Below, piece by piece: positions 12,591 to 23,153 of a DNA stretch of 64,000 nt. A model generated the notes under the pieces. The model did not search any database. It worked only from the letters and a program-made list of their open reading frames with translations, and had not been told where the DNA came from. The position numbers and the translations under genes were made by a program. The DNA is taken from contig NIVC01000522.1 of assembly GCA_002269645.1 (NCBI GenBank), positions 1 through 64,000 on the forward strand, given 5' to 3'. The stretch comes from Macrostomum lignano. Taxonomy: Eukaryota. Positions within the stretch are counted from its first letter, which is position 1. Each line of letters opens with the position of its first letter.

Positions 12591-13095
12591 ATGTAGCATG
12601 TGGTTTCCGTAATGAATTCCAGGAATGCTCTTTCGTTTAGAGTTTGCGCGAGAGTATATTTCTTCCTTTTTCCATTTTCCTTTTTTCCTCAAGGCAGCTC
12701 GCAGCTTAGTACTAAAAACAAAGTATCAGAGCAGAATCATAACAAAATAATTCTATGGCAGAAAAGAGAGACACACGTAGGATCATATACCACAGGTTCC
12801 TTCTTTTTCGAGACGCTCTAGCTCGCACTTCAGTGGCTGATAGGCAGCAAATGGGACTTCCGTGGTGGCTGGACTTTTGGGACGGCATTTTCAGTCAACT
12901 GAATGCTGTACTGCTGTTTCATACACCCAACACCCTTGAAAACGGTTGGATAGTCGGTAAAAAGTTGACTCGTAGTAATCTGAGACTTCTCTACTTTGGT
13001 CAGGCTAGGTTGGCTCTTGTCTATGGCAAAAAGCTTCTTGATGAGTTTTAGCTCGTGGAGCGCTAACCTCCAGCCTATTATCGGGGTGGAGTTTT

Positions 13096-14105
13096 TGTAG
13101 AGTGTTCCACCTCCCGTAAAAAAGACATAAAAAGTGTTAATGTACTACTTACACATTTTATTCAGTAGTATACTAAGTAGCATGTATAAAGTTATGCGCT
13201 GAACCATACATATATTTAAATCAACCAATAGGAAGAGAGAAATCTCGAGCATGCTAATTTTAGAAATCACTCAATCACGTGTTACCCGCGATTGTCAGCT
13301 CACACCCCAGTTGCGATACATCATTCAGTCTGCACTCAGATGAACCAATCAAAGATATCTAAAAATAACTCAGCTACGGTAACCAATCATGCATGCTCAC
13401 ACTAAACCAATGGAGTAACTTTCTAACCTGCCATGTTTGACAGCAGCCAATCCGTGAACCTTTGACATTTAAGACAATGGACTCAATGACCTCATTTGGG
13501 GTCCGATTGCCTATAAATACAAGTGGTCCGGAGCGGACCGGAGCTCAAGATTTTTGCCTTCCAGAAGGAAGAAGAGCTCCGAGAGGAAGCCTCCAAAGGT
13601 CTTCCTTCCGACCAAGTAAATCGAGACTCGGTCGAGTTCTTGCGGTAAGCCTTACTCATTTGCGCCAGGTGTTTGAGTCTGTTGAGACTCTCGAGTCTAT
13701 TGAGACTCCATTGGTTGTAGTCTCCAGAAGGACTACCCTGATAGATCTTAGAGGACTATCAGCGAATACCGGAGCTATACCTAGGGTGCATTAAGACACC
13801 GCTAGAAAGAGAAGGCTTATTTGAAACCGCATTAAGGCGCAGGGACCCCCATCGATAACACGAAGCTTCTGATTGGTCCAAACGACAGATATCGGCCGGA
13901 AACGACTTCAGTGGAAGTAAAGGAACGTGGACCTGGTTTACGAAACATAGACGTCTAACGAGTCAAGAAGTCCTAGAGCTATAAGGAGATCTCTCAAACC
14001 GGAGTCAAGGTAAGCAGTACCTTCATTTGATAACTGGGTTGCCTAGCAAAGTAGCTAGAAGTGATTGTTCCTTGATTACTGAGAAAGTCTTGGTAATAAG
14101 GAACA
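13096..14105 (+). mobile_element. Orphan ~1-kb LTR ('LTR C') with CCAAT/TATA promoter
   Basis: TGTAGAG...GGAACA termini, preceded by purine tract GGGGTGGAG (13083-13091). Five CCAAT boxes between ~13225 and ~13450 and CTATAAATA at ~13510. Its right end coincides with the point where the Gypsy A protease-linker frame breaks (ENYV|). Confidence 0.6.
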
Positions 14106-15242
14106 CATAATTTTCTCCAACAACTACGAACTTCAGCCTTTTGTTTTTCTGGCATGGAGAAGACACAGTCAGGTATGTCAGTCCAACAACATCTAGCTGC
14201 TGTCCGTTGTACGTAGTGAGCGTCCATGTCGTGGGCTCGATTTTAGCCGATGAAGAAAACGGGTTAGGCTGCGCAGTGGAATTACATTTACATCTGCTCC
14301 CGTGTCGACTTTAAACTGAAGGGCTTTAACCGAATATTCTGTTGACAGACTCACCATCATTGTTGAGTGGCCATGCAGAGGCTCAGCTTCCGGTGTCTCA
14401 ACTGTCATTACTGTCGCTAGGTCTGGTTCTTGATCAAAGCCTGGCTTGTCCTGTTGATTTTTGTCTTGGAGTTCGTTGACCCTCTTGGAAGACCGGCACG
14501 CTGACGCAAAGTGATTCAGTCGTCCACAGATGCTGCACTTCTTTCCGTAGGCCGGGCACTTCCTCCGCTCGTGTTGCATAGAGCAGTAGCCACAGCTAGG
14601 CCTTGAGGTTGGACCCGAGGATCTAGCGGGTGCCTTGGTTCGGCCTTGGAGAGCGTCAACAGACACAGCAGGGGGTGCTCAGCTGCCGTGAGCTATGGCC
14701 AGAGAACTCGCCTGTCGCTTCGACGTCTCTAAAGCCCTACCCATTTGAATAGCGCGGTTGAGAGTCAGGTTTGTCTCTCTCAGAAGTCTCTCTTTCAGCG
14801 CCGGATCGCTGACTCCTATAACAATCTGGTCGTGGATGACGCTATCGCTGACTGTCTCGCCATTGGCCAGTGTTCCGTAATTGCACCTAGTAACGAGCTG
14901 TCGAAAGGAGGCTACGAACTGATCGAAGTCCTCCGACTCAGCCTGAGTTCTGGTTCTCAACAGGTAGCGATCGAAAGTTTCGTTGCAAAGTGGCTCGCAG
15001 TATACCTTGAATTGCTTGATTACGTCGTCGTAAGTATTCGCCTCCTCTGCGGGAAATTTTGAGTACACTTCTTGGCCTTCTGGTCCAAGTACAGTTAGCA
15101 GTATTGCGATCTTAACCTCTTCGCTTTCTTCTGTCTTTTTTGTAGCCTTCATATAAAAGTCCATCGCTTTGCTCCATCTTCTCCAATTGTCTGCTCGATT
15201 GGTGTCGAAAACCATCGGCTCTGGAGGCCTCAGTCCTTCCAT
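14106..15242 (-). pseudogene. Gypsy A gag and aspartic protease (frameshifted)
   Basis: MEGLRPPEPMVFDTNRADNWRRW..., DRYLLRTRTQ; CGYCSMQHERRKCPAYGKKCSICGRLNHFASAC; FKVDTGADVNVIP. Confidence 0.9.
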
Positions 15243-15494
15243 TGCTTTAATAGCTAGTAGAAAATAGTTTGTTGACAAGAGTCAGTGTGTAAGGCTAGTC
15301 AAAAACTCTTATGGCTCAAACTGGCCCAGCCCCGACTTATATATTTAACTAAGCGAGCGGTGTACATTGTAGAACGTACACAAAGCCAGTGCGCATAAAT
15401 GAAGCATTTTAGCATTATTGAATGGATGGATTGAGCTCTCAGTAAAACCAAATCACCCGATAAATCGATACACAATGCAATACACAACAATGAC

Positions 15495-15723
15495 TTACAC
15501 TCTTTCCCAGGTGCCGTGCTTCTGGGCGACTCCATATACCCGTGCATGGATTGGCTAATACCACCCGTTCTTGGTGACAATTTGCCGGACGCTACCAGGG
15601 CCTTCAACAGATCCTTAAAAGTGACCTGCTCACTGGTGGAGCGTATTATAGGATTATTAAAGATCCGATTCCCATGTCTGCGCATGCTCAGAGTCATCGG
15701 TCCCAATTTTGCTCCAGAGGTGG
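15495..15723 (+). pseudogene. Harbinger A transposase, 3' part
   Basis: Removing Gypsy A and one TSD gives the continuous frame EFENND|LHSFPGAVLLGDSIYPCMDWLIPPV...VERIIGLLKIRFPCLRMLRVIGPNFAPEVV. It breaks again at TTAA 15724-15727. Confidence 0.88.
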
Positions 15724-15727
15724 TTAA

Positions 15728-17616
15728 CCACTACAATACTGTCTTTGCCTGCTAGCATACCCGTTCCCGACGGCTTGGTCCGAAATCGGGCCATAGACAA
15801 ACTAGAAAAATTTTCTCATCCTATCTTTCACACCCGTAGACGTCGGGAGCTGTTAAAGTCAAATTCATTTCATAGAGTTCTAGCATAGAGTTTCCAAGAT
15901 CCATTCAAACTAATCGTTTATCAACAAACCATGGATTCTGGTGCAAGTTCGGATTCAGCTGATTTGTTTAGCTATTACTCAACTGCTGACGAGGCTGTTG
16001 ATGAGTTTGAAGATGAGGTAGAGAACCCAGGAGTCGAGCATGTTGGTGAGTGGCACATGGTTCAAGCTGACACTGATAATCGACCATCAGCCTTGCCTGA
16101 ACTCCTCGGTACCCCCGGTGCACGACCTGATTGGCATTCTCCACATGCTGCGGATGGAAACGAAGAAGCTTTCCTGAAGCTATTTCTGACGGATCAACTG
16201 TTTGAAGATATTAGCCGATGAACCAACGCAAAAGCTTGGAAGACTCAGGAGGCAGAGACTCAGGATGCTGTACCGAAGCTGGTGTTAAACTGGCGGGATT
16301 GCTTCACTAATGAAGCTCGAATGTTGGTGGGCATTGTGCTGCTCATGGGAGTCGACAAGAAGCCAGAAATAGCCAGCTACTGGTCAACCGACCTGATCTT
16401 TCACTTCCCGTTTCTTTCCAAGCATTTCTCTCTATCAAGAGACCGATTTAAGCAGCTCCTGTCGTGACTCCGTTTCTACGACTGCTCCGAGGCTTTAGGT
16501 GCTGGTCCATTGGCAAAGATGGAGCCCTTTCTCGATCGTGTGAGGCACCTCTGCAGCAATAACTACATGCCCCGACAGCGACTTTTAATTGATGAGACGC
16601 TGGTGCTTTACAAAGGGAGAGTTGCTTTCAAGCAATATATCCCGTCGAAGCGAAGCAAGTATGGCATAAAGCTGTACTGCCTCTGCGAGACTGAGAGTTC
16701 ATATATATGGAACTTCGTCATACACACGTCTCCTGAGGTTAATTAACAGTTTGGTGAAGGACTCGGTTGTCAAGGCTTGAGTATGAGCGAGAGAGTTGTG
16801 GTAGAGCTGTGCCGCAGTCTCCTCCATCTCGGACATCATGTGTTCACTGATAGTTGGTTTACATCACGCCGGCTGGCCGATTGGTTGCTGCAACACGATA
16901 CGCTGCTGACTAGGACGGTGCGGAAGGATCGCGGCATTCCCGCTGATTTGCAGGCAGTCAACATCCACCCAACTTCATCTGCATTCGCACGTTCAGGTGA
17001 CCTCTTAGCGTGTAAATTTGTCGACAGGAAGCAAAGCGGCACCAAGACCCTGTATTTGCTGGACACGGCGGGCAAGGCAGAATGCATTCAGGTTCAACGC
17101 AACCGTCGCGGTGGTGCAATGCAGGTGGTGCAAAAGCCTGCTAGCGTGCTTGCCTAGTCTTCCAGTATGGGCGGGATTGACCATTTGGACGCCTCAATGC
17201 ACCCGTATCTCGCGAACCAAAAGAGCATGCGCTGGTTCCACAAGCTGGGGTTTCATCTTCTTGCGATGCTTGTGCGGAACTCGTGGGTGATCTACCGACA
17301 GTCAGATGGCACAAAAACCTTTCTGCAGTTTCTGAGGCTGGCAATAAAGAGTCTTGTGGAGGACACTTGGGTTGCCAGGAGACGTGGACCTACACCAGGT
17401 GGTGCTGGCGCTCTTGCTATTGGCGGAGGAGATGGTGCTGACGCCCATTCACCAAGCAAGGCTCCAAGAATCGGAGACCAGGTCCGACCACGCAAAAGAT
17501 ATCTTGTGTGCTATGTAGCTAGCCAGGTCAAGAAGACAATATTCGTTTGCGAAGCCTGCCCGGGAGTTCCAGCCCTTTGCCTAGGTGCCTGTTTTCCACA
17601 CTGGCACTCGCACTAA
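15728..17616 (+). mobile_element. piggyBac transposon (left end at TTAA; right end not found)
   Basis: TTAA at 15724-15727 is followed by CCACTAC... and an internal inverted pair TCCCGACG/CGTCGGGA, then a piggyBac transposase. No matching right TIR was recognised. Confidence 0.7.
15931..17616 (+). pseudogene. piggyBac (PGBD4-like) transposase with four in-frame stops
   Basis: One frame throughout: SRDRFKQLL, LIDETLVLYKGR..FKQYIPSKRSKYGIKLYCLC, VFTDSWFTS, MGGIDHLD, Cys-rich tail CEACPGVPALCLGACF. Stops at 16219, 16465, 16744, 17155. Confidence 0.92.
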
Positions 17617-18391
17617 CTATTAGCTATTAGCTTTATTACCTTTAAACCATTAGATGAATCAAAACCGTTATTACGTAATCTGATCGTTAAATTTTTGTTT
17701 ATGTTAATGTTCGTTATTCACTGAATTTTTATGCGTTGCATTATTCGTGTATGATTTTTTCCGGCTCTATTGCAGTCTCGGGCAAGTGCATGTACCACAG
17801 TTCTGAGTCTCCTATTCAGGCACAATCACTTAACTGGCCGTTCCTTTTCATCACCTACCAACATGTACCTAACCACCTACCTAACTACCTACCTACCTAC
17901 TCATTGTACCATCCTGCTTTACTCGTTTCTTACAGATGCTCCAGTGTTTACATCTTTTCCTACTTGGAAATTGTCCCTAATAAGTCATGTAATTAGACTA
18001 TTCCGGCTTCATTGGGAACAAGCTTACTTAGTACAAGCAATTTTTACAGTTTTGTTGAAAACTTCCACAGTAGTTTTATTATAAACGAGTTATTAAAATT
18101 AAAGGTATGACATATCTAAGCTAATAATTCTCATTTTTGCGTCATCTGATATGACGTGACTATAATATTGATATTATTTTAATTGCATATGCAGTTTGAC
18201 GCGTTTTGTTTTATCTATGGACTAAATGAAGCTGCAAAACAGGCTTGGGTTAAAAGCCCGCTGTGAGAATGTGAAATAAAGAGGAATAAGAGCAAGACTA
18301 AGAACCTTGGAGCCGCGGAAACGTCTGCTAGGATATCAGCACTAATAATTAATGCCTTAAGTATATTGAAGTAACCTGAGAAAACATAACA

Positions 18392-19375
18392 ATGGCGTCG
18401 CTGTCTCGAGAGAACCTGCGGGAGCTTCCCTGGACAGAGGACAAATTCGAGGCCTGGATCGAGCGGTTTGAAGCCGTCTGCAGGAGATCCGGCGTGAAGG
18501 ATGAGAAGGAGGAAGGGTTTTCGCCCAAGACCGACTTCTTCATAAGCCTCATGGGGGAAACTGCCTACGACAAGCTGCGGAACCTGGTCGCTCCGGCGAA
18601 GCCAGAGAACAAGACCTTCAAGGAATTGAAGGATGAAATTGAGAAGCATGTCGTGCCGCAGAAGAAACTGGTTGTAGCTGAGCGCTACAAGTTTAACTTA
18701 CTGAAGCAAGATGAATACGAATCAGCGGCAGATTTTGAGAACAGGTTACGTGCTCAAGCAGACCGATGTCAATTCGGAGATTTCCTACAGGAAGCTTTGT
18801 GAGACAGATTCGTGGCAGTACTGCGCAGTGAGTCGGTGGTGAAAGAGCTGCTTATCAAAGACCCGCTGGCCCTGGAGCTGGCGGTGGAGACTGCCACGGC
18901 GCAAGAGCAAGTAAGCAAGAGTGCCTTAAGCGTTAATGGAAAGGTGGAAACAGTCAGTGCGACCAAGGGCAGAGTACGACAACAAAACAGGGCCCAAGCT
19001 CAGGGACGCACATTCAGCAAGGCTTGCAATTTCTGTATGAAGAGGCACCCGCCAAAGGCATGCCCTGCGTTTGGAGCAAAATGTCGAAAATATGGGAAAA
19101 TGAACCACTTTGAAGCTGCATGTAAGCTTAATAAGCCAGCTAGCTCACATGGAAGGATGGCATCCGGCTCCATTAAAGGAAAGCTGTCAAGGCGAGAGTA
19201 TGCAGGAATCGAGGAGGATAAACCAGCCAAAGACAATGAGCTTTTAGCTTATGCGATGACCGGGACAGATCAAGCGTCTGGATCAATGTAAAACTGAACG
19301 ATAAGGACGTTGCTATGATGGTGGACTCTGGAGCATCAGTGACCTGCATTCCTAAGATTTTGGCTGAACAACTCT
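18392..19375 (+). pseudogene. Third Gypsy ('Gypsy D'): gag + protease, truncated
   Basis: ...ATAACA-A-TGGCGTCGCTG (LTR end + PBS overlapping the gag ATG). FEAWIERFE, VVAERYKFN, CNFCMKRHPPKACPAFGAKC...NHFEAAC, MVDSGASVTCI. Ends abruptly at ~19375. Confidence 0.85.
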
Positions 19376-20239
19376 TTTGGCTGTTGATGCAGCTTTCCGC
19401 TGCCTGCCAGTTCTGCCGACACCGCTGTAGCCGACTCCTCCAACAATCGGTACATTGATGGTACCTGCACTGATGTACTTGGTATTGGGTATTCTAGACT
19501 GAACCTGCCGTCACGAGTCTTTTTCGGCATCCCTTCCTTCTCCTTTGTCGGCGTCTCTTCCTTCTCCTTTGTTGGCGTCTCTTCCTTCTCCTTTGTCGGC
19601 GTCTCTTCCTTCTCCTTTGTCGGCGTCTCTTCCTTCTCCTTTGTTGGCGTCTCTTCCTTCTCCTTTGTTGGCGTCTCTTCCTTCTCCTTTGTCGGCGTCC
19701 TTTCCTTCTCCCTTGTCGGCGTCCCTTCCTTCTCCTTTGTCGGCGTCCCTTCCTTCTCCCTTGTCGGCGTCCCTTCCTTCTCCCTTGTCGGCGTCCTTTC
19801 CTTCTCCTTTGTCGGCGTCCTTTCCTTCTCCCTTGTCGGCGTCCCTTCCTTCTCCTTTGTTGGCGTCTCTTCCTTCTCCTTTGTTGGCGTCTCTTCCTTC
19901 TCCTTTGTTGGCGTCTCTTCCTTCTCCTTTGTCGGCGTCCTTTCCTTCTCCCTTGTCGGCGTCCCTTCCTTCTCCTTTGTCGGCGTCCTTTCCTTCTCCT
20001 TTGTCGGCGACCCTGGGGTAGAATCGTCGACAAGCAGTCCAGTCACACCGGCACTGTCTTTCCCAATGATATCCAGGATCAGGTAGTCCAAAACCGTTAA
20101 TTGCTTTTCAGTGCCACCGTCACTCCCTAGTCGTCGATTCTCGTCAACCTTCTTCTTGGTTGCCATTCGAAGGTTCTTCAAAAGGACATCTCGCAACAGG
20201 CCGACGTCCTTATTCGCATCATCCGCAAAATTGCGAGAA
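19376..20239 (-). pseudogene. Harbinger-type Myb/SANT-like gene fragment containing a coding minisatellite
   Basis: After acceptor TTGACAG: LKNLRMATKKKVDENRRLGSDGGTEKQLTVLDYLILDIIGKDSAGVTGL, typical of the helix/TGGG-like/ILxIIG segment of Harbinger second ORFs. 3' end lost at the Gypsy D junction. Confidence 0.65.
19533..20012 (-). repeat. 24-bp tandem repeat, 20 units, encoding (S/T)PT(K/R)EKE(E/G/R)
   Basis: Counted in the ORF translation; plus-strand unit cttccttctcctttgtcggcgtct. Confidence 0.95.
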
Positions 20240-21399
20240 CTGTCAATTTTTATCACTCAAAGTGGGTCTACCTGCTACAAGTCTTTTCTATATACTAAAA
20301 CTCACTTTGTGACTTTTTGACTTTGTATGGAAGATTCACATCTCCTTAAATACTGCTCAACTCATTTTCTCCATTTTTTCATCGTTTGAATGCAAATTTT
20401 TTGGCAATATGCATCACTTAATTTCTATTCTGATTCCAGCTATGACTGTTATTAAATTATAAAAACCTGTTCTTTCCTATCTTTTGCTAAAGATATGTTA
20501 CTGATGTTTTAGTTTATGTGGCAATTCATAATCGCATTATATGTTTGCTCAGTAAATTATTTAATTTTGTGTAACTTAATTTTTCCCTTAATTTTGTTTT
20601 GACAAATGCCTTGTTTTACGGCTTCAATTTCCTAGCTTGAGCCTTAATTTCGAGCCTTTACGGCTTATCCCTGAGCCTTTACGGCTTATCCCTGAGCCTT
20701 TACGGCTTATCCCTGAGCCTGACTAAGGCTGCGATTTAACGAAACTCTTTCGTAATGAATAAAGTGTGATGTTGGGAACTTTTAGTTTTGTTTTTTCAAT
20801 CAATTTTACTTAATGCAAAAGTTCGATAGAAATATGTCTAGAGCCCGAGTCCGGCCCCGTACAGTATATGCTTATTAATTTTCGAGCGGCTTTGAGCCAT
20901 GGATGAATAAAATAAACCATGGATTGCTCGTCTGCCTTAAATTTAGGGGTGCAATTTTGCCTCGCAAAGCCCCCGTTCGCACCGATTGGCTACTGAAGAT
21001 TTCTTAGTTGTCGATGGTAAAAACGTTGTAAGATGCTGTGCTCATGCATGGAAAGACGAAAGTCTCCTATATAACAATTTTATAGCTAAGTGAAATTCAT
21101 ATTCACAATAAGTAGATAATGTTTATACTTGCTCTATAGTGTTATGATATGGAGAGAGACAATTCATGAGTATTTGTTTGTAAGTGTTGTTGAATTAAAT
21201 TCTATTTTTTAAGTTAAACCATAGCGATAAACTTATTACAAGAAACCAGAAATATGTAAGAATAGCTAAAATATTCGAATTCGGCCAGAAAAAAGGGATG
21301 AAGATTGAAGGCATGCATGAAAAAAATGTTTCAATTGGAGCAAAGAAGTCGTAGCTGAAATTTACAATTGAGGGAAACTATTCATGAAAAGATTTATAA

Positions 21400-22481
21400 G
21401 TACGATTGAAGCAGGGAATTCTTGCAGTTTATTAAAAAGTAATGAGCAATTGAGATAAAGTAAATACAATTGAAGCAAAGGATGCATGAAGTGAATTCAA
21501 GGCAAAGTATAGATAAGGGAAATTTCTTACTAAAATGACAAGCTTGAAGAATCAATAAATAGTTACACAGGGCAGTTTTCCTTAGTAGTTTGGTTACTGA
21601 CCCATGAATAATATCTTCTTCGTGGGAATCTACCGTTTGCATTGATGGAATATACAAACACTGGTGTACTTCGAGCAGCACTCACGACTCAGCACCAAAA
21701 TTTCGCAGAGAGCAGAGATCGACAGAACATCCGTCACACACAACTGCTCTGATAACGGCACCAACATCATTTAGGCTTCGAATGCACTCGCGAAGTAGTC
21801 GACATTGCTGGCTTGGGGTTGATGCGGCGGAGTATATGTACGCGAGAGAGATCTTCCACTAGTCTTTAAGGCCGCATGCCATTACAAGTAGTGCCTCAGA
21901 TGCAAGCTTCGGGGTCTTGTTGGTGGACGCCATGAAGATAAGAAAGCAACTTTGCTGGAGCGCTGCAACAATCATTTACAAGAGTAGAGAATATCGGCTT
22001 CTCGTCAGATGTCTCAGAAAAAAAAATTAGTAATGATTCACAGAAACCAGTTACAATTCTCACTGTCAGAAGCACACAAAGTTTTCACCTTTTCGATGGC
22101 AGCTCTAGCAATTCCTGGCTCTCCGTCAAATTTCTGCATCTATCGTCGAATGCTGGATGTCGAAGGCAAGCACAAGTAGCGACGTAGCTCCTTGTAAGCT
22201 CGATGAGAACAAAAGTAAATCTTCGAAGCAAAGAATCTCAGCTCAGTAGAGTACTCGCCTTGCTGCAGTCTGCCTGATTCAGTGAAATAGAGCTCACACA
22301 GGTACTTGTTAGATGTCGGTGCGAATCCTGGATCTGTTTCAACGTTGGCGAGCCAAATAGCCAGCCTCTGTGCATCTTTGACCGGATATGCAAATAAAGA
22401 CAGGCCATCGAAGTTGTTTAAAGTTTTCGAATTTGATGTGCACGATTTGGCCGAACAGCTTCTTTTAATCCTTGCAGCCAT
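21400..22481 (-). pseudogene. THAP domain + P-type transposase remnants
   Basis: MAARIKRSCSAKSC...LFAYPVKDAQRLAIWLANV...KYLCELYF (THAP; conserved His appears as Tyr). YSTELRFFASKIYFCSHRAYKELRRYLCLPSTSSIRR. ALLVMACGLKD*WKISLAY...CIRSLNDVGAVIRAVVCDG. Stops and deletions present. Confidence 0.85.
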
Positions 22482-22996
22482 CTGCAGGCCACTGCTTGAC
22501 TGAGTAAATACGGACTTGACAATTTGACAGCTCTCAGGAAGGGTAGTAAAACCCTGCGCGGTGTCAGTGTCCAATGGGACGATGGAAACAATAATTAATG
22601 AATTGCGGCGCGGTCGCAAAGTTGCCAGGAGCATCATGCTGCAACAGTGCACTTTGCAAGACCTAACGGCACCTAGCAGCACTACAGAAACAGCCACCAG
22701 CCTGAGACACCTTCTCCTGAATGGAACGCAAGACAGAATTTTCCGCCCGGCCTCTGAAGGACAGGCATACCAGTGCTACAAAACAAAGGCAGCCAATTGG
22801 ATTACCATCTGTGACGCCGTATCTCTGCGAGAACACTGTCGCCGCCTATGCCACTGCTTCGCGTCGGAAATCGACTATCAACAGTCCAACGGAGTTTCTT
22901 CCTGGCGGGGAAAGAATGCGGTGAGCGTCCCCATATTTCTTGTATCTTCATTTCTTCTTTCATGCATGATTCCCTATTTTGGTTGCTTTAGCAACT

Positions 22997-23153
22997 TTCT
23001 TAGCACCATATGTGACTGTGATTACAACTAGAAAACTTTCTTAGCAACAGATGTGACTGTGATTACAACTAGAAAACTTTCTTAGCACCATATGTGACTG
23101 TGATTACAACTAGAAAACTTTCTTAGTAACAGATGTGACTGTGATTACAACTA
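22997..23153. repeat. 41-bp tandem repeat (about 4 units, continuing at 24461-24503 after the mariner)
   Basis: ttcttagcaccatatgtgactgtgattacaactagaaaact repeated. Confidence 0.9.

Larger units (their letters stand above)
8253..12794 (-). mobile_element. Ty3/Gypsy LTR retrotransposon 'Gypsy B' (4542 bp), near full length
   Basis: 203-bp LTRs at 8253-8455 and 12592-12794 (5 substitutions + 2 one-base indels). Minus-strand termini TGTGG...CTACA. 5-bp TSD GGTTC at 8248-8252 and 12795-12799. Confidence 0.95.
1746..15489 (-). mobile_element. Ty3/Gypsy LTR retrotransposon 'Gypsy A' (short-LTR, Mag-like), degenerate, with nested insertions
   Basis: LTRs (1746-1960+4588-4600 and 15265-15489) are ~94-95% identical by eye. 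Minus-strand termini TGTTG...TAACA; PPT-like TAAGGGAGA abuts the 3' LTR at 4601-4609. 5-bp TSD ATGAC at 1741-1745 and 15490-15494. Confidence 0.9.

Noticed and set aside
15931-17616. Stop-codon readthrough or alternative genetic code in the piggyBac ORF (four stops, no frameshift)
   Set aside because: All three stop types occur (TGA twice, TAA, TAG), and host genes here end in TGA/TAA under the standard code. Ordinary nonsense decay explains it.
19494-20033. Arg-rich protamine-like ORF (RRQRRRK) and the LPSPLSAS ORF
   Set aside because: These are alternative frames of the 24-bp repeat; only the TPTKEKE frame continues into recognisable Myb-type sequence.
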